A stretch of DNA of 63,857 nucleotides, filler included, from Octopus bimaculoides (Eukaryota): assembly GCF_001194135.2 (NCBI RefSeq). It is 5 parts of 5 records of this genome, joined end to end, with 100 filler letters (N's around TTAATTAATTAA, not from the genome) between each part and the next. Parts side by side here need not be neighbours in the genome. Positions count along the whole stretch, not along the records: positions 59,569 to 63,857 come from NC_068983.1; 4 more parts are not named here. One strand, written 5' to 3'. Positions 62,040-63,857 of this stretch are shown in pieces. The notes below the pieces were generated by a model that did not search any database, was not told the DNA's origin, and worked only from the letters and a program-made list of their open reading frames with translations. Made by a program: the position numbers and the translations under genes. Each line of letters starts with the position of its first letter. Within the stretch, counting starts at the first letter, position 1.

Positions 62040-63000
62040 TACTGTAGGATGATGTGGCGTCCATTCATGACTTACTCAGTGTCATTAGTGAAATCAGTGG
62101 AGTCAAATAATTTCGAATGGATATCAAAATCGAACCGGGGCCTATGAATTGTGAGGAGACAACTTGTTATACTAAAAAATAGAATATTGGGGATTTTTTT
62201 CTGAGTATGCTTACACGGATTATCTTTTAAAGGATTCCCAACAGATCCGTCTTTTCGGAATCCGTACTTGGGATAAGAAGAACTGAAGGGGTTGGAGAAA
62301 ATGGTTGTTTACGATTGTTTCTATCATTTCTAAAATGTTTAGAAACAAAAACAATAGAATAGCAGCTGGAAGATTCAGAAGCCTGAATTTAGTCTTTGAT
62401 GGAACAAACTTTAGAATGCTTCAAATGATCTGAGTAGACTTCTGTAGAGGCAGAAATATTGGTGAATTTTGTACGGGTAGAGGCTCGATCTAAACACTAT
62501 ATTTGAATAATGGGAAGGTCATTGATTGACCGCTGACATTAATACTAAGAAGCAATGGGAGGAGTTTTCCCATTTGGTGTGTTTGTGTATGTGGTGGAAA
62601 AAGAAAAGAAAAGTTTTGGTGGAGTCTTTTTGGATGTGTCCTGTAGAGTTGGAAAGCAGCCAATGTAGAAGCTTTTTTTACATGAGTGTTACTTTCGGTA
62701 CCATTATGCTTGAAGAGTGATTGTTAGAATTGCGCAAAATTGGTAGAGATACTTCTGGTAAGAGACAACAAGGACCAGCTGGAAGGTAGGAGATTCAAAA
62801 CTATGATTTTCAGGTAATAGCTTTGCAGAAGTTGTAATGATGGGTAAAACCTGCCCAGTTAGTGGAAGTTAGTGAGATTTTACACATGTAGACTGTATTC
62901 TTCGCTTGATAGTTTCAGTACTGCTGATGTGAAACATGTGGAATATTGAGGTTATGGGCTTTAGATATGTGAGCAGCGTGATGAGTTATGTCTAGTGGGT
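62040..63000 (-). mobile_element. CR1-clade LINE, heavily degraded RT region
   Basis: Shares ISTNFA with the 14150-15120 copy (SLTRSISTNFAQ) and shows KYGFRKDGSVGN (QYGFR..RST motif). Confidence 0.6.
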
Positions 63001-63019
63001 ATTGCTTCGACCCGAATAT

Positions 63020-63170
63020 GGACAGTCAATTAAATTAACCCCCAAACTTGGCTGATATTTATTTTATCGAACCCCAAGTGTATAGTTAGTAAAGTCGACC
63101 CCGCGCAAAATTTGAACTTAAATATAAAAATAGCCATAATTAAATACCACGCATTCCGTGCTCTACCGAT
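63020..63170 (-). mobile_element. SINE family A, degraded
   Basis: ATTTTATCGAACCCC...AAAGTCGACCCCGCGCAAAATTTGAACTT. Confidence 0.6.
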
Positions 63171-63383
63171 TTTGGTATAATTTACCTCAATCATTGTGTT
63201 TATAGTTATGATTAATGCCATTATGATCATACATTATTAAAATGACCACTCACACCACCAACACCACTACTATTAGTATGGCCGGTATTATCGTCCTATG
63301 AATATGTAGAGTCTAATCTGCATCATACGATATTTAGATTTTCACCCAGCCATGCTTCTTTTTTCTCTTTTATACGTTGTATT

Positions 63384-63569
63384 ATTACCGCCGCCTTAGC
63401 AAAAGCGGAGATATTGTTTTTCAGTCGTGTTTGTTTGTTTGTTCGTGGACAAGATATCTCAAGAACCACTGGATGGATTCAGTTGAAACTTTCAGAGATG
63501 TTTGGCCTCGTGACTGGCACGAACTGATTACATTTTGGGATCGATCCGGTACCAGACAAGGATTCTGGT

Positions 63570-63615
<46 letters not shown>

Positions 63616-63620
63616 GCTAC

Positions 63621-63663
<43 letters not shown>

Positions 63664-63857
63664 TAGTTTTATTTTTATAACGTGCTTTCACTTCACTACC
63701 GAGCGCAGCTCTGTGCGCCTTGGGTATGTGCTGTGGTTTGCTGTGGTGCTCTTATGTTTACTGTATTGAAAGTGTTTTGCGTAGAATGTGTGCAGTACCC
63801 AGTAGTGCAATTTTCTGTATGTTATATATATTTGTAAGTCCTGGTGTTTTTGTTATG
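63384..63857 (+). mobile_element. HINE/DINE-1-like non-autonomous Helentron-type element with internal microsatellite
   Basis: ATTACCGCCGCCTTAGCAAAAGCGG subterminal hairpin, (GTTT)n, AAGATATCTCAAGAACCACTGGATGGATT...AAACTTTCAG core, GGATCGATCC palindrome, then (CTA)n(TTA)n; layout typical of DINE-1/HINE elements. Confidence 0.6.

Overview
Eukaryotic, AT-rich, repeat-saturated non-coding DNA with about 5.5 kb of N gaps. The SINE, LINE and microsatellite content looks like a coleoid cephalopod, most likely Octopus (inference from recognised repeat families, not a database hit). I can support no host protein-coding gene: the long ORFs in the track are N-gap or microsatellite read-throughs, and every recognisable peptide is a decayed transposon protein. 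Four artificial N44-TTAATTAATTAA-N44 linkers split the window into five independently assembled pieces (1-23337, 23438-40286, 40387-48794, 48895-59468, 59569-63857), so adjacency across them is uncertain. Contents: several modular tRNA-derived SINE families; RTE, CR1, R4/Dong-like, Hero-like and Penelope-like retroelement fragments; a DD36E Tc1-type transposon half hidden in a gap; Tc1/mariner and hAT MITEs; a Helentron/HINE-like element; a degenerate ~255-bp AT-rich tandem array; and many microsatellites. The most notable signals are (i) three non-autonomous elements with GGATCT...AGATCC ends, two with clear 8-bp target duplications (Merlin-like by signature), one carrying TTAGGG-type repeats; (ii) the DD36E element; (iii) a CpG-decayed block at ~49.7-59.2 kb suggesting long-term germline methylation; (iv) module and tail sharing among SINEs and a LINE end. 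I see no convincing evidence for a new biological system beyond these mobile-element observations.
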